Origin: an uncultured Gemmatimonadales bacterium
Lineage (GTDB): Bacteria; Gemmatimonadota; Gemmatimonadetes; Longimicrobiales; Gaopeijiaceae
Reading direction: 5' to 3'
Assembly: GCA_963809895.1 (NCBI GenBank)
Contig: CAWELD010000010.1
Coordinates: 672,001-736,000, forward strand
Length of the DNA: 64,000 nucleotides
This document shows positions 28,688 to 38,096 of this stretch, piece after piece (position 1 is the first letter of the stretch; the number at the start of each line of letters is the position of its first letter). The notes beneath the pieces were generated by a model. That model saw only the letters and a program-made list of their open reading frames with translations. It searched no databases and was not told where the DNA came from. The position numbers were made by a program, and so were the translations under genes.

Positions 28688-29551
28688 ATGCGGATGGCGT
28701 CGGGGTGGAGGATGCTGGGGATGGCAACCGCCGTGGCTGCGACGTGGGCCTGCGCCGGGCGGTCCGAGGAGGGGGGTGCGGGGTTGCCGTCGCGATGGAC
28801 CGCTCCGTCCGACTCCATGGAGTTCGTCCTGATCCCCGCGGGCTCGTTCCGGATGGGACTCCTCCATCCCCCGGACGACCTACGGCCGGCGCCCGTTCAC
28901 CCGGTCACCATCGGCGCGCCGTTCTACCTGGGCACGCACGAGGTCACGCAGGGGGAGTGGCTCGACCTCATGGGCTCGAATCCGAGCCAGTTCGCCGAAT
29001 GCGGCCTCGACTGTCCGGTGGAGAGCGTATCCTGGCACGACGTGCAGGAGTTCCTGGCTCGCCTGGGCAGTGCGAATCCCGGAGAGACGTTTCGCCTGGC
29101 CACCGAGGCGGAGTGGGAGTACGCGTGCCGCGCCGGAACGGAGGCGCGATACGGGGGCGGCGTGGATACCCTGACCGCAGACCTCGCGAACTTCGACGGG
29201 CGCATACCCTTCGAGGGACGGGTCACCGACGATTTCATCGGCCAGCCGACGCCCGTCGGGCAGTATCCTCCGAACCCGTGGGGACTCCGGGACATGGCCG
29301 GAAACGTCTGGGAGTGGGTGGCGGACGAGTACTGTCCGTACGCGGCGGGCGCGGCCCGCGACCCCGTTCAATCCTGCGGCACCGACACGATCCCCATCCG
29401 CGGTGGGAGCTGGTACTTCAGCGCCAACGCCGCGCGCTGTGGACGACGCTACACCCACGACCGCGACGACTCCGGCTTCAGCCTGGGCTTCCGGGTGGTG
29501 CGCGAGGTGCCGCCCGAACACGCGCTTCCCGATGGGGCGCGCGCAGGGTAG
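28688..29551 (+). CDS. Formylglycine-generating enzyme (FGE-sulfatase) domain lipoprotein, lacking the canonical catalytic Cys pair
   Basis: RLATEAEWEYACRAG, PNPWGL.DMAGNVWEW, RGGSW, LGFRVV; lipobox TWAC. Confidence 0.9.
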   Translation: MRMASGWRMLGMATAVAATWACAGRSEEGGAGLPSRWTAPSDSMEFVLIPAGSFRMGLLHPPDDLRPAPVHPVTIGAPFYLGTHEVTQGEWLDLMGSNPSQFAECGLDCPVESVSWHDVQEFLARLGSANPGETFRLATEAEWEYACRAGTEARYGGGVDTLTADLANFDGRIPFEGRVTDDFIGQPTPVGQYPPNPWGLRDMAGNVWEWVADEYCPYAAGAARDPVQSCGTDTIPIRGGSWYFSANAARCGRRYTHDRDDSGFSLGFRVVREVPPEHALPDGARAG

Positions 29552-29554
29552 GCG

Positions 29555-30757
29555 TCATCCCCCCGAACCCAGCTCCTCCACCTTCTTTTCGATGTCCGCG
29601 TTGCCGGGGCTCTTCGCGAGCGCCTGCTCGTAGTACGCCCGGGCTCGGTCCACCTCACCCCGGGCCGCGGAGATATCCCCCAGGAACACGTACGGGCGGT
29701 AGTTGTCCGGGTAGAGCTCCGTGCTCATGTCGGCGAAGGCGACGGCGTTGGTCGTGTCCCGGGTCAGCGCGATCCGGGTCAACCAGCCCAGCAGTCCATC
29801 CGATGGACGGAACGTCTTGCCGAGGCGCTGGGAGACCTGCTCGAAGTGATCCAGGAGTAGCGGAGGATCGGCGATGACGCGCTGAAGCGGGATGTGATAC
29901 CCGTCGAAGATGAAGCGCAGTGCGTCGTACTCGGCGATCAGCGGCACGGACCCGTGGTCGTCGTCGTCGTAGTAGTGGAAGGCGTAGCGGATGCCGCTCC
30001 GGTCGTACGCCCGCATCACGGCGTCGAAGCGGGTGATGGCCGAGAAGTGGCGGTTCGGAACGGTGTCGTCGGGCTGCGTCGTGTTGGCCTGGGCCACGTA
30101 CAGCACCTTCCCATCGAGGTGGGCGGAGCTGAAATAGGGCTTCGCATGACGGAGCAGTGTGTCGTGGTCCCACCAGAGGCTGGGGTCGATGGCGACGTAG
30201 GCGTCGAACGTCGCGGGAATCGTGTAGAGCGCATTCAGCGTCGTGATCCCCCCGAAGGAATGGCCCACGAAGACGCGGTAGGGCATCGTCCGATACTGGG
30301 CCTCGATGCGCGGGATCAGCTCGTCCCGGAGGAAGGTGAAGAAGGCGGCATTGCCCCCGCTGCTCTCGAAGGCGGGATTGGGCTCGCCCCCGGGACCGGC
30401 CACCGAGTGCGTCGGCGTCAGGTCGCGTGTGCGGTCCGTGTTGGGGATCGCGACCACGATCATCTCCGGGATCACGAAGGCCCCGTTGACGCCGGTACTC
30501 AGGATCTGGACCAGTCCGCTCACCGAGTGGAAATGCGCCTCGCCGTCGAGGAGATAGAGGACGGGGTAGCGCTGCGGCGTCGACGTGGTGTCGTGGTACG
30601 ACGGAGGCGTGTAGACCAGGTACGGTCGGCTCTCGTCGAGCGTCGCCGACCAGATGGAATCCACCGTGCCGATGTGCACGTCCTGATCGAAGCGGCCCTG
30701 CGCGAGCACGGGCAGCGGAAGCGCCAGGAACAGCAGCAGGTTGGTCAGGGCGCGCAT
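29555..30757 (-). CDS. Secreted alpha/beta hydrolase (IroE/YbbA-like esterase) with C-terminal TPR
   Basis: YPVLYLLDG, RTRDLTP, GHSFGG, DPSLWW, DHGSVP; TPR-like tail. Confidence 0.9.
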   Translation of the reverse strand: MRALTNLLLFLALPLPVLAQGRFDQDVHIGTVDSIWSATLDESRPYLVYTPPSYHDTTSTPQRYPVLYLLDGEAHFHSVSGLVQILSTGVNGAFVIPEMIVVAIPNTDRTRDLTPTHSVAGPGGEPNPAFESSGGNAAFFTFLRDELIPRIEAQYRTMPYRVFVGHSFGGITTLNALYTIPATFDAYVAIDPSLWWDHDTLLRHAKPYFSSAHLDGKVLYVAQANTTQPDDTVPNRHFSAITRFDAVMRAYDRSGIRYAFHYYDDDDHGSVPLIAEYDALRFIFDGYHIPLQRVIADPPLLLDHFEQVSQRLGKTFRPSDGLLGWLTRIALTRDTTNAVAFADMSTELYPDNYRPYVFLGDISAARGEVDRARAYYEQALAKSPGNADIEKKVEELGSGG

Positions 30758-30926
30758 GGGCGGGGCCGGGAGTGGGGGGTGGTTCAAGGGGTGCCGCAAG
30801 ATGCCGGGGGCTATATGCGTCTCGCCAGCGTGCCGCTTCCGCCGCCACTGCGACGCCTGGCGCCTTCACCAGGCTCCATGGCATCTTGAGGCTCCCGCTT
30901 ACGGCTGTCACCGGGAGTCGCACCCG

Positions 30927-31334
30927 ATGAGGCTCACCGTACAAGACGATCCTCAGACGATCGCCAGATACCGCCACATCAAGGCGGCCCGGAGAGGCGC
31001 GGCGCGTTGCACCGTTACCGAGCCGGGCACTGGGCGCGCGTGCACCCGCGCTCGTGGACACACGGGGCCGCACGTGCGGCACGGCGTCTTCGGGAGGGTC
31101 CTGGCGGTCTGGGATTCGGCCGTCGAGGTGCGTATGTCGGCGCAGACGCGCAAGCGAGCGTCAGAGGCACGCGCCGGAAGTGGCCTGCTCACGCGCCGTC
31201 GCCCCTGGGGATTGGCTGCGCTGCGCGGGCGGCTGGCTCGGGTCTTCTCGTCCGTCGAGGAGACGGTCTTCCTGGTCCTCTTCCTGGCCTTCATGGGATT
31301 CGCTGTGGACTGGCTCCTGAGGATCCTGGGGTAG
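30927..31334 (+). CDS. Hypothetical protein with Cys/His motif and C-terminal TM
   Basis: C-x10-C-x5-H-x3-H-x2-H; hydrophobic tail. Confidence 0.65.
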   Translation: MRLTVQDDPQTIARYRHIKAARRGAARCTVTEPGTGRACTRARGHTGPHVRHGVFGRVLAVWDSAVEVRMSAQTRKRASEARAGSGLLTRRRPWGLAALRGRLARVFSSVEETVFLVLFLAFMGFAVDWLLRILG

Positions 31335-31368
31335 GCGAGTTGCGCGCCGCGCGCGGAGCCTCGGGCCG

Positions 31369-32583
31369 TTGACCGCCAGACAGGCCACCTGGTTGGCTGT
31401 ACTGGGATGTGTTCTAGCCGTCGCACGCTGCGGGGGCGAGCCGCAGAGACCCGATTTGCTCGTCTCCACGTCCGACAGCGCCGGGATCCCCGTGTATTCT
31501 CTGGCGTCCATCCCCCCGTGGGACGCCCCGGCCTTCGCATGGACGCTGGAGCTCGAGCGTGCGGTGGCGACGGATCGGCCGGGGTCGGGGCGCGCGCCCC
31601 TGCTGTACCGCCCCGAAGGCTACGCGCGCATGCCGGACGGCACGCTGGTGGTGTTGGATTCGTGGGAACGTCGCCTCGCCGTGATTCCCCCTGATCGGGA
31701 CACGGTCATGGCGCGATTCGCACCCACAGGGCAGGGACCGGGCGAGATCTGGAGCTCCAACGCGGTGCTGTGGCCCGCCGACGACACGAGCGTCTGGGTG
31801 CTGGATCCGGGCAACCAGAGGCTGGACCGTTTCGCGCTGAGCGGTGCCCTCCTGGAGGAGTCACCGGTGGTGGTCGGAGGATCGGCCGGATTCGTGCTTC
31901 AGGACCCGGTCACGCACGCGCCCTGGTTCTGGAAGGTGTTCTTCGAGGACTACGAGCACCGGACGCTGACCGACAGCGTGGGGCGTCTGGATCCGGAAGC
32001 CGCCAGGGTACACTTCATCGCGGCCCTGCCCCCTCGCGTCGAGGCCCGAGTGACGAGCACCGCGCCGATCCCCCTGTTCGCGCCCAGGAGCTGGTTCGCG
32101 CCCATCGGCGCGGGTGGGGTGGTGGTCGGCCGGAGCGACCGTGCTCGCTTCACGTATGTCTCCGACGCCGGCGAGCCGGTCGCGGTCATCGAAGCCCCCA
32201 TGGAGCCGGCGCCCGTGCCCGAGAGTGACGAGCCGGGAATCCTCGAGGAATTCCACGAAGAGGCGGGCCCGGGCTCGGCGGCCGCGGGCACGCGGATCGC
32301 CGACCACTATCCGGTGTGGGATCTGCTCTGGCCGCTGGGGGATTCGCTCTTCGCACTCCAGCAGAGCCGCCGCAGCACGCCCCTGGGCGAGCCCCCGATC
32401 CCGTCCGGCCAGCTCGTGTGGCGCATCTTCGCCGTCGACGGCCGCTACCTGGGAGCCGCCATCCTGCCGCCGGGATTCGCGCAGCCCTACTGGATCGAGG
32501 GCGAGCGCGTCATCGGCACCCGCCGCGATTCGCTGGGTGTGGCGACCATCGAGGCGTACCGGCTGAAGCGGCCGGCGGGGTGA
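31369..32583 (+). CDS. 6-bladed beta-propeller protein
   Basis: DSAGIP, GQGPGEI, RDSLGVATI. Confidence 0.82.
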   Translation: MTARQATWLAVLGCVLAVARCGGEPQRPDLLVSTSDSAGIPVYSLASIPPWDAPAFAWTLELERAVATDRPGSGRAPLLYRPEGYARMPDGTLVVLDSWERRLAVIPPDRDTVMARFAPTGQGPGEIWSSNAVLWPADDTSVWVLDPGNQRLDRFALSGALLEESPVVVGGSAGFVLQDPVTHAPWFWKVFFEDYEHRTLTDSVGRLDPEAARVHFIAALPPRVEARVTSTAPIPLFAPRSWFAPIGAGGVVVGRSDRARFTYVSDAGEPVAVIEAPMEPAPVPESDEPGILEEFHEEAGPGSAAAGTRIADHYPVWDLLWPLGDSLFALQQSRRSTPLGEPPIPSGQLVWRIFAVDGRYLGAAILPPGFAQPYWIEGERVIGTRRDSLGVATIEAYRLKRPAG

Positions 32584-32586
32584 GGG

Positions 32587-33679
32587 ATGAGGCTGCAGCT
32601 CGTTGCGGGGTGGGCGTGGGTCACCGTCCTGCTGCCGGTGGGCCCGTCGCGGGGCAGGAGGCCACGGCCGCGAGAGATCTCTGGTGGAGCGGGTCTCGCT
32701 GGGTGCCGGTGCCGCGCCGCGGTCATCTTCGATCGAGTGATGGACGGGGCGTTCGATGCCGGCGGCTTCTGGGTGCTGGAGCGGATCAGCTGCGGGCGTT
32801 CGGCGGGGACGGGACGGTGCGCGCGCAGCTCGGGAGGGCAGGGAGCGGGCGGGGGAGTTCCTGACCGCGGCTCGCCTGCGGATCGACTCGCTGATCGACG
32901 TTTACGATCCGCAGCTCTCGCGAGAATCGGTCTTCGCCCGCACCGGCGAGTTCGTCGCGACACGCTCAATGCCGTCGTTGGGAGGCTTCGGCTCCGCCCT
33001 GCGACTTCCTCTCGCGGGCGGGGCGTTCCTCGTCGTCACCACCCCACGCTTCTCGATGTCGCCCGCCGGTCACGATCCGTATTCCCGCGTCGCTCTGGCG
33101 ATCGGGGAACGGCTCGACACGGTGGCGTCGATCCGATCCAGCGGAGGTCTCTGGCAGCACGGCTCGGCATACGGGGTGTTCGAGACGGATCTGGGAGACG
33201 GTGGCGCGTGGGCGCTCGCCGCCGACTCGGTGCTCGCGCTGGTGGATGGCTATGCGGGGCAGGTGGAATGGCGTTGTGCCCCGCGGTTCGACGTGTGCGC
33301 CAGACACGAGTTGGCCGAGCCGGCGGCCAACCGGCGAGCGGTCGATCGTGCCGCACTGGTCCAGCGAGCGACGGAGCAATCCCGCCGGCCACTCCGGAGC
33401 GATGAGGTGGTGGACGCGCCAGTCCGTCGGTCCGGCGCCACCGGGGCAGCCCTGTCGTCCGACGGGCGGTGGCTTTGGGTGCAAAACGACGGCGACTACC
33501 GAGGCGGCGAGCGATACACGGTGGTGGATCGGGAGCGAGGCCCTGCGGGCGTGGTCACTTTCGCGACACCGACGCGCTTGCTCGCCGTCTCCCCCGACGG
33601 CCTGCTGATTCGGCGCCAGGGCGAGTTCGAAGAGACCATCGTCGAGTGGCTCGATTGGCGGCGCTGGCCTCCGTTCTGA
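32587..33679 (+). CDS. Beta-propeller-like protein, 5' part frameshifted
   Basis: Garbled GREG..GEF near 32830-32860; C-terminal RQGEFEETIVEW. Confidence 0.6.
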
Positions 33680-33774
33680 GCCGCGCCGGACCGAACGCCC
33701 GAGCATGGCGCGGCCGGGTGGGTGCGGACATCTTGGGCGGACCCCCGCCACGGAGCCGCCGGAGGACGCATCTG

Positions 33775-34515
33775 ATGACGCAGCGTGCCGTCGACACATC
33801 ACCCATCATTCACGCGCGGCTTGCCGGCCTCGGGTATCTGATCATCATCTTCGCGGGGATCTTCGCGGAGTTCTTCGTCCGCTCGAGCCTGATCGTGCCT
33901 GGCGACGCCACCGCCACGGCTGCCAACCTGATGGCGTCCAACTCGCTGTATCGAGCCGGAATCGCCAGCGAGTTCGTGATGCTCCTCTGCGACGTCTTCG
34001 TCGCGGGGGCGCTCTACGTGGTGTTCCGATCGGTGAACCGGAACCTGGCGCTGCTGGCCGCGTTCTTCCGGCTCGCCCACGCGTCCATCGTCGCCGTCAA
34101 CCTGCTCAACACCTGGGTGCCGCTGCTTCTCGTGGGCGATGCCGGGTATCTCGCCGTCTTCAGCACCGAGCAGCTCCACGCTCTGGCCCTGCTCCTGCTG
34201 GAAGCGCACAGCTACGGATACGTGATCGGTCTGGTGTTCTTCGGTGCCCACTGCGTGTTGCTGGGCTATCTCGTGATCCGATCCGGCTTTCTTCCGAAAG
34301 GGCTCGGCTTCCTGCTGTTGGTCGCCGCGGGGGGCTATCTCGCCGACGGCTTCGGCCGCACGCTGCTCGCCGACTACGCCCGCTACGAAAACGTCTTCTT
34401 GCTGGCGGTGTTCGTGCCGGCGTTCATCGGCGAGCTCTCCTTCTGCCTCTGGATGCTGTTCAAGGGGATCGACGTCCGGCGGTGGCAGCTGCGGTACCAG
34501 AGTGCGCAATCTTGA
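33775..34515 (+). CDS. DUF4386 family membrane protein
   Basis: ARLAGLGYL, LIVPGDATATAANL, IGLVFFG.HC, GELSFCLWML.KG. Confidence 0.88.
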   Translation: MTQRAVDTSPIIHARLAGLGYLIIIFAGIFAEFFVRSSLIVPGDATATAANLMASNSLYRAGIASEFVMLLCDVFVAGALYVVFRSVNRNLALLAAFFRLAHASIVAVNLLNTWVPLLLVGDAGYLAVFSTEQLHALALLLLEAHSYGYVIGLVFFGAHCVLLGYLVIRSGFLPKGLGFLLLVAAGGYLADGFGRTLLADYARYENVFLLAVFVPAFIGELSFCLWMLFKGIDVRRWQLRYQSAQS

Positions 34516-34535
34516 TCTTCGTGTGGAGGTGACAA

Positions 34536-34964
34536 GTGAAGAAAGTGACTGGTCTGGGAGGGCTGTTCTTCCGGAGCGGGAATCCCAAGGAACTGGTGGA
34601 GTGGTATCGCGCCCATCTGGGTATCGACGCGGCTCCCTGGGGTGGATTCGCCTTCCAGTGGCGCGAGCGCGAACAGCCGGAGCAGGTGGGATACACCGTC
34701 TGGAGTGCGTTTCCCCAGGACACCGACTACTTCGGGTCCGGCGCGCACGAGTTCATGATGAATTTCCGGGTCGACGACCTGGACGGGCTCCTCACGGCGC
34801 TCCGGTCCGAGGGGGTCGAGGTCGTGGGCGACGTACAGACCGAACCCAACGGTCGATTCGCGTGGATCCTGGACCCCGAAGGCCGCAAAATCGAGCTGTG
34901 GGAGCCGGTGCCCTCGGCCGAAGACCCCTACCTCGGGGGAGAGTCGGCGGGAGGTAGGGATTGA
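34536..34964 (+). CDS. VOC family protein
   Basis: KVTGLGGLFF, MMNFRVDDL, GRFAWILDPEG.KIELWEP. Confidence 0.92.
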   Translation: MKKVTGLGGLFFRSGNPKELVEWYRAHLGIDAAPWGGFAFQWREREQPEQVGYTVWSAFPQDTDYFGSGAHEFMMNFRVDDLDGLLTALRSEGVEVVGDVQTEPNGRFAWILDPEGRKIELWEPVPSAEDPYLGGESAGGRD

Positions 34965-35197
34965 GCATCGCCATCGACGAGGCCCGCCGCGGCGAGCTCG
35001 TGAGGCGGCTCCGGGGCTTCTTCATCGAGGAATTCGACGAGGAGCTGAGCGTGTTCCGCGCCGAGCAGATCCTCGACTTCATGGCCGAGGCGCTGGGCCC
35101 GGCCGTCTACAATCAGGCGGTACAGGACGCCCGCAAGTTCATGCAGGAGCGCTTGGACGACCTGGCGGGTGACGTGTACGAGCCCGAGGTCGTGTAG
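34961..35197 (+). CDS. DUF2164 family protein
   Basis: FF.EEFDEEL..F.AEQILDF....LGP..YNQAV.DA. Confidence 0.88.
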   Translation: MSIAIDEARRGELVRRLRGFFIEEFDEELSVFRAEQILDFMAEALGPAVYNQAVQDARKFMQERLDDLAGDVYEPEVV

Positions 35198-35204
35198 GGT
35201 GCGC

Positions 35205-35600
35205 ATGGACTTCGACCTCCACCGGAGCGTGGCCGTGCTCGAGCGGCGCCTCTAAACTCTCGAATTTTGCCCCCGCCGCTTCCCGCCCTTCGACCGCTTT
35301 CGCCACCTGGAGGCCAACCAGGGAAAGACGCTGAGTGACCTGCTCGAGCGTTTTGCCCAGCTCCGGACCCGGAATCTCGAGGAACTGGCCGAGCTGGAGA
35401 TCGGACCGGCCGAGCTTCGCCTCACCGGTGTGCATCCAGAGTTCGGAACCGTGACCCTGGAGCAGCTTCTGGCGACCTGGGTGGCCCACGACCTGGGCCA
35501 CATCGCCCAGATCGCCCGCGTGATGGCGAAGCAGTACAAGGAGGCGCTGGGCCCCTGGGAGGCCTATCTGCCGGTGCTGCACCGGGACCGCCGCGGACGA
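35205..35600 (+). pseudogene. DinB-like family protein with internal deletion and in-frame TAA
   Basis: MDFDLHRSVAVLER-RL*TLEFCP-RRFPPFDRF...HPEFGTVTLEQLLATWVAHDLGHIAQI, all in one frame; 3' stop not seen. Confidence 0.75.
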
Positions 35601-35769
35601 GCCGGCCCCGATCGGGCCCGAGCGTTCCAGGCGGGTGGGGCCACGCTTCTGTGCCGCGCGTCCACTCCGGGATCGTTCTCGACCGGTAGTGGCGCAGCAG
35701 TGCGTGGGTCGTACCGTGTCGGACGCCGACACCCCCCCACCCGGTCTGATTCCGGAAGGCACCTCCATT

Positions 35770-36722
35770 TGAGCCTCCAATACCTGACACTCCTCGCGCT
35801 CCTGATAACGGTGGCGCAGGCGTATCTCACGGTGAACAAGCTCTGGATCCGCAAGCACGAGCCGGCCGTGGCCGAGAGCGTCTCGATCATGGGCGAAACA
35901 CTCGGGCTGGCACCCACGGCGATTCTCGCGGTGAACTTCACGGTCCATGGGAGCTGGGAAGGAGCGATGGACGGCCTGGTCTGGACGGTGGTGGGCCTGG
36001 TCACGCTCCTGATCGGCACGGGACGGTGGGTCGAGGGCAAGCGCCGCCGAAGCTTGTGGACCTTGATCCGTCAGGCCCTCTCCGTGGAGAAAGACGAGGT
36101 CGGCGACCTCGCCCGGAGCTTTCTCCGGCCCTCCGGGGCCCGACAGATTCTCCGGATCCTCGGGCAGGTGGCTTTGATCGACCAGGATCTGGACGAGCGC
36201 GAGCAGTCCTTCATCGAGGCGTTCGCCGAGAGCTGGGGACTCCGGTTCTCCTGGGACGAGCTGCGTGGGGAGGTCGAAGGCGGGCAGCTCGATTTCGTGA
36301 CCCTGCGTCGCGCCCTGGAGGAGTACCTGCACTTGTCGCCGCCGCCGGCTCAGGCCAGCCAGTTGGGGGACGTGCTCGGGGCCCTGGTGGCGATCGACGA
36401 GCAGACCACGGGACAGGAGGAGCTCATCCTGGCCGAGCTCCAGGGGATGCTTGCGGGATACGTGAATCGAGACGATCCGGAGCAGGGATGGGGCGTTGCC
36501 ATCGTGCCGCAGGATTCGGCGCAGGACACGGCCATCGCCACCCTGCTTCCAGGCGTTTCCAAGCGAAAGGTGGAGGGTGGGAGCGCCTTCGTGCTCGGTC
36601 CGTATTATTCGGCTCGCTACGCTGACATGATCGGTGATCAGTACCGCTCCCTGGATTTCTTCGCCACGGTGGTGCGCGTGCCACACGACGAACCGGGAGG
36701 AACCCGATCCCATGCGGCGTGA
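35770..36722 (+). CDS. Membrane protein with TerB-like repeats (start uncertain, 35716-35770)
   Basis: Three TMs, then VALIDQDLDEREQSFI and LVAIDEQTTGQEELIL. Confidence 0.72.
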
Positions 36723-37515
36723 GCGTCTTGTCCTGACGGGTGTCCTGTGCGCACTCCTGATGCCTTCACCCGCCCGTGCCCAACTCGGTGCCATCGAGGC
36801 TTTTGCGCGCCGGGTTTCCGACCTGTCCTTCTATTTTGCCACGGGGGGACTCGCCGGCTCACAGTCAGCCCTGGAACGGAAGGCGGGTGGAGTCACCGCG
36901 TTCGGTGTGGAGCTCCTTTTCGAGGTAACGGAGATCGATCGCCCGGTGCCCGGAGCCGCGACGCCGTCCCAGCCGGATTCGGTGCGCCGGGTCTGGACCA
37001 CCATGGAGGTGACCCACTCGGCGGATGGTGTGGATACCGTCTACACGTACGAGGTCGAGCGGTTGCCCACGCCAGTGGCGCCTACCGAGGCCGTGTGGGT
37101 CGTGGAGATGGGGCTCGGCTATGGCCAGCTGCAGGGATACGAGCTCGAGGATCCGTCGCTCGACATGAACGTCGCGGTGCGGGATCTACCCTCGGTGACG
37201 CTCTATGCCAGCTACGAACCGTGGGGCAACTATTTCGGGCTGCGTACCGGCTTCATGCGCACCCAGGCGCTCCAGGTCATCGACCAGGTCGGCGAGGGCT
37301 TCACCGGTGACGTGGACGCCTTCCTGTTCGGAGGCCTGGTTGGTTACGCCTTCGCCTTCGAGAACCTCTGGGCCTTCATCGAGACGGCCTACACGCTCCG
37401 GAAATTCCCGAGCGTGGAGTGGCGCGGGTCGGCCCCCTTTCCGCCGGGACTGCCGAGGGAATTGAACATGAGCGCGTGGTCGGTGAGCGCCGGGATCCAG
37501 GTTCCCTTCCGGTAG
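36712..37515 (+). CDS. Outer-membrane beta-barrel-like protein
   Basis: Signal peptide ARA-Q; alternating strands; C-terminal WSVSAGIQVPF. Confidence 0.7.
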   Translation: MRRERLVLTGVLCALLMPSPARAQLGAIEAFARRVSDLSFYFATGGLAGSQSALERKAGGVTAFGVELLFEVTEIDRPVPGAATPSQPDSVRRVWTTMEVTHSADGVDTVYTYEVERLPTPVAPTEAVWVVEMGLGYGQLQGYELEDPSLDMNVAVRDLPSVTLYASYEPWGNYFGLRTGFMRTQALQVIDQVGEGFTGDVDAFLFGGLVGYAFAFENLWAFIETAYTLRKFPSVEWRGSAPFPPGLPRELNMSAWSVSAGIQVPFR

Positions 37516-37582
37516 CGCATAGGCTAGCGTGCAAGTTGCCCCGATACGACATTGGCGGCAGCGGACCGGAAAGGGAGTCTTC

Positions 37583-38086
37583 ATGAACGCACGATATTTC
37601 GCGCTCGCGATCCTGGGGTTCGTGATCGGTTGTGCCTCGACGCCGATCGGGGATACTGCGCCCCTCCCGGCCGAAACGCCTCAGGACGTCGTTCGATATC
37701 CGGCCTGTGACCCTGCGCCGTGGGGCCGGGAGGATGCTCCCCGGCAAGGCGGCGAGGCTTCGGCCGAGGTGACGCTCTGGCCCAGGCTAGAGAATCAGAT
37801 GCAGGTTCGGTTCGCGATGGAGCACGCCTTCACCCGGGCAGTCATGGACTCCATGAGTGCGGGTGGCCCGAAGTCGATGACGGTGAGGGTGGTCTATGAC
37901 GTCTACATCGACCCGACGGGTGAGGTCACGGACATACAGGTGGCGGAAAGCACCGGCGACGAGGCGCTCGACGCTGACGGCCTCGAGGCCGCACGAAGAG
38001 CCAGGTTCACCAGGCGCTGCAGGGGGATGCGGGGTCGGCGTGTGGATGCAACTCCCGATGATGCTCCGAGTGGGTGTCGGGGGTGA
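37583..38086 (+). CDS. TonB C-terminal domain lipoprotein; frameshift near 38010
   Basis: Lipobox VIGC; YIDPTGEVTDIQVAESTGDEALD..GLEAARRARF. Confidence 0.78.
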   Translation: MNARYFALAILGFVIGCASTPIGDTAPLPAETPQDVVRYPACDPAPWGREDAPRQGGEASAEVTLWPRLENQMQVRFAMEHAFTRAVMDSMSAGGPKSMTVRVVYDVYIDPTGEVTDIQVAESTGDEALDADGLEAARRARFTRRCRGMRGRRVDATPDDAPSGCRG

Positions 38087-38096
38087 GGCTCCGGGA

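Noticed and set aside
28688..29551. Active formylglycine-generating enzyme
   Set aside because: The catalytic Cys pair after RGGS is absent and no sulfatase is adjacent.
35430..36722. Genuine DinB-TerB fusion protein
   Set aside because: The ~60-codon linker looks non-coding and the DinB part is already broken; a lost stop through indel error is more likely.
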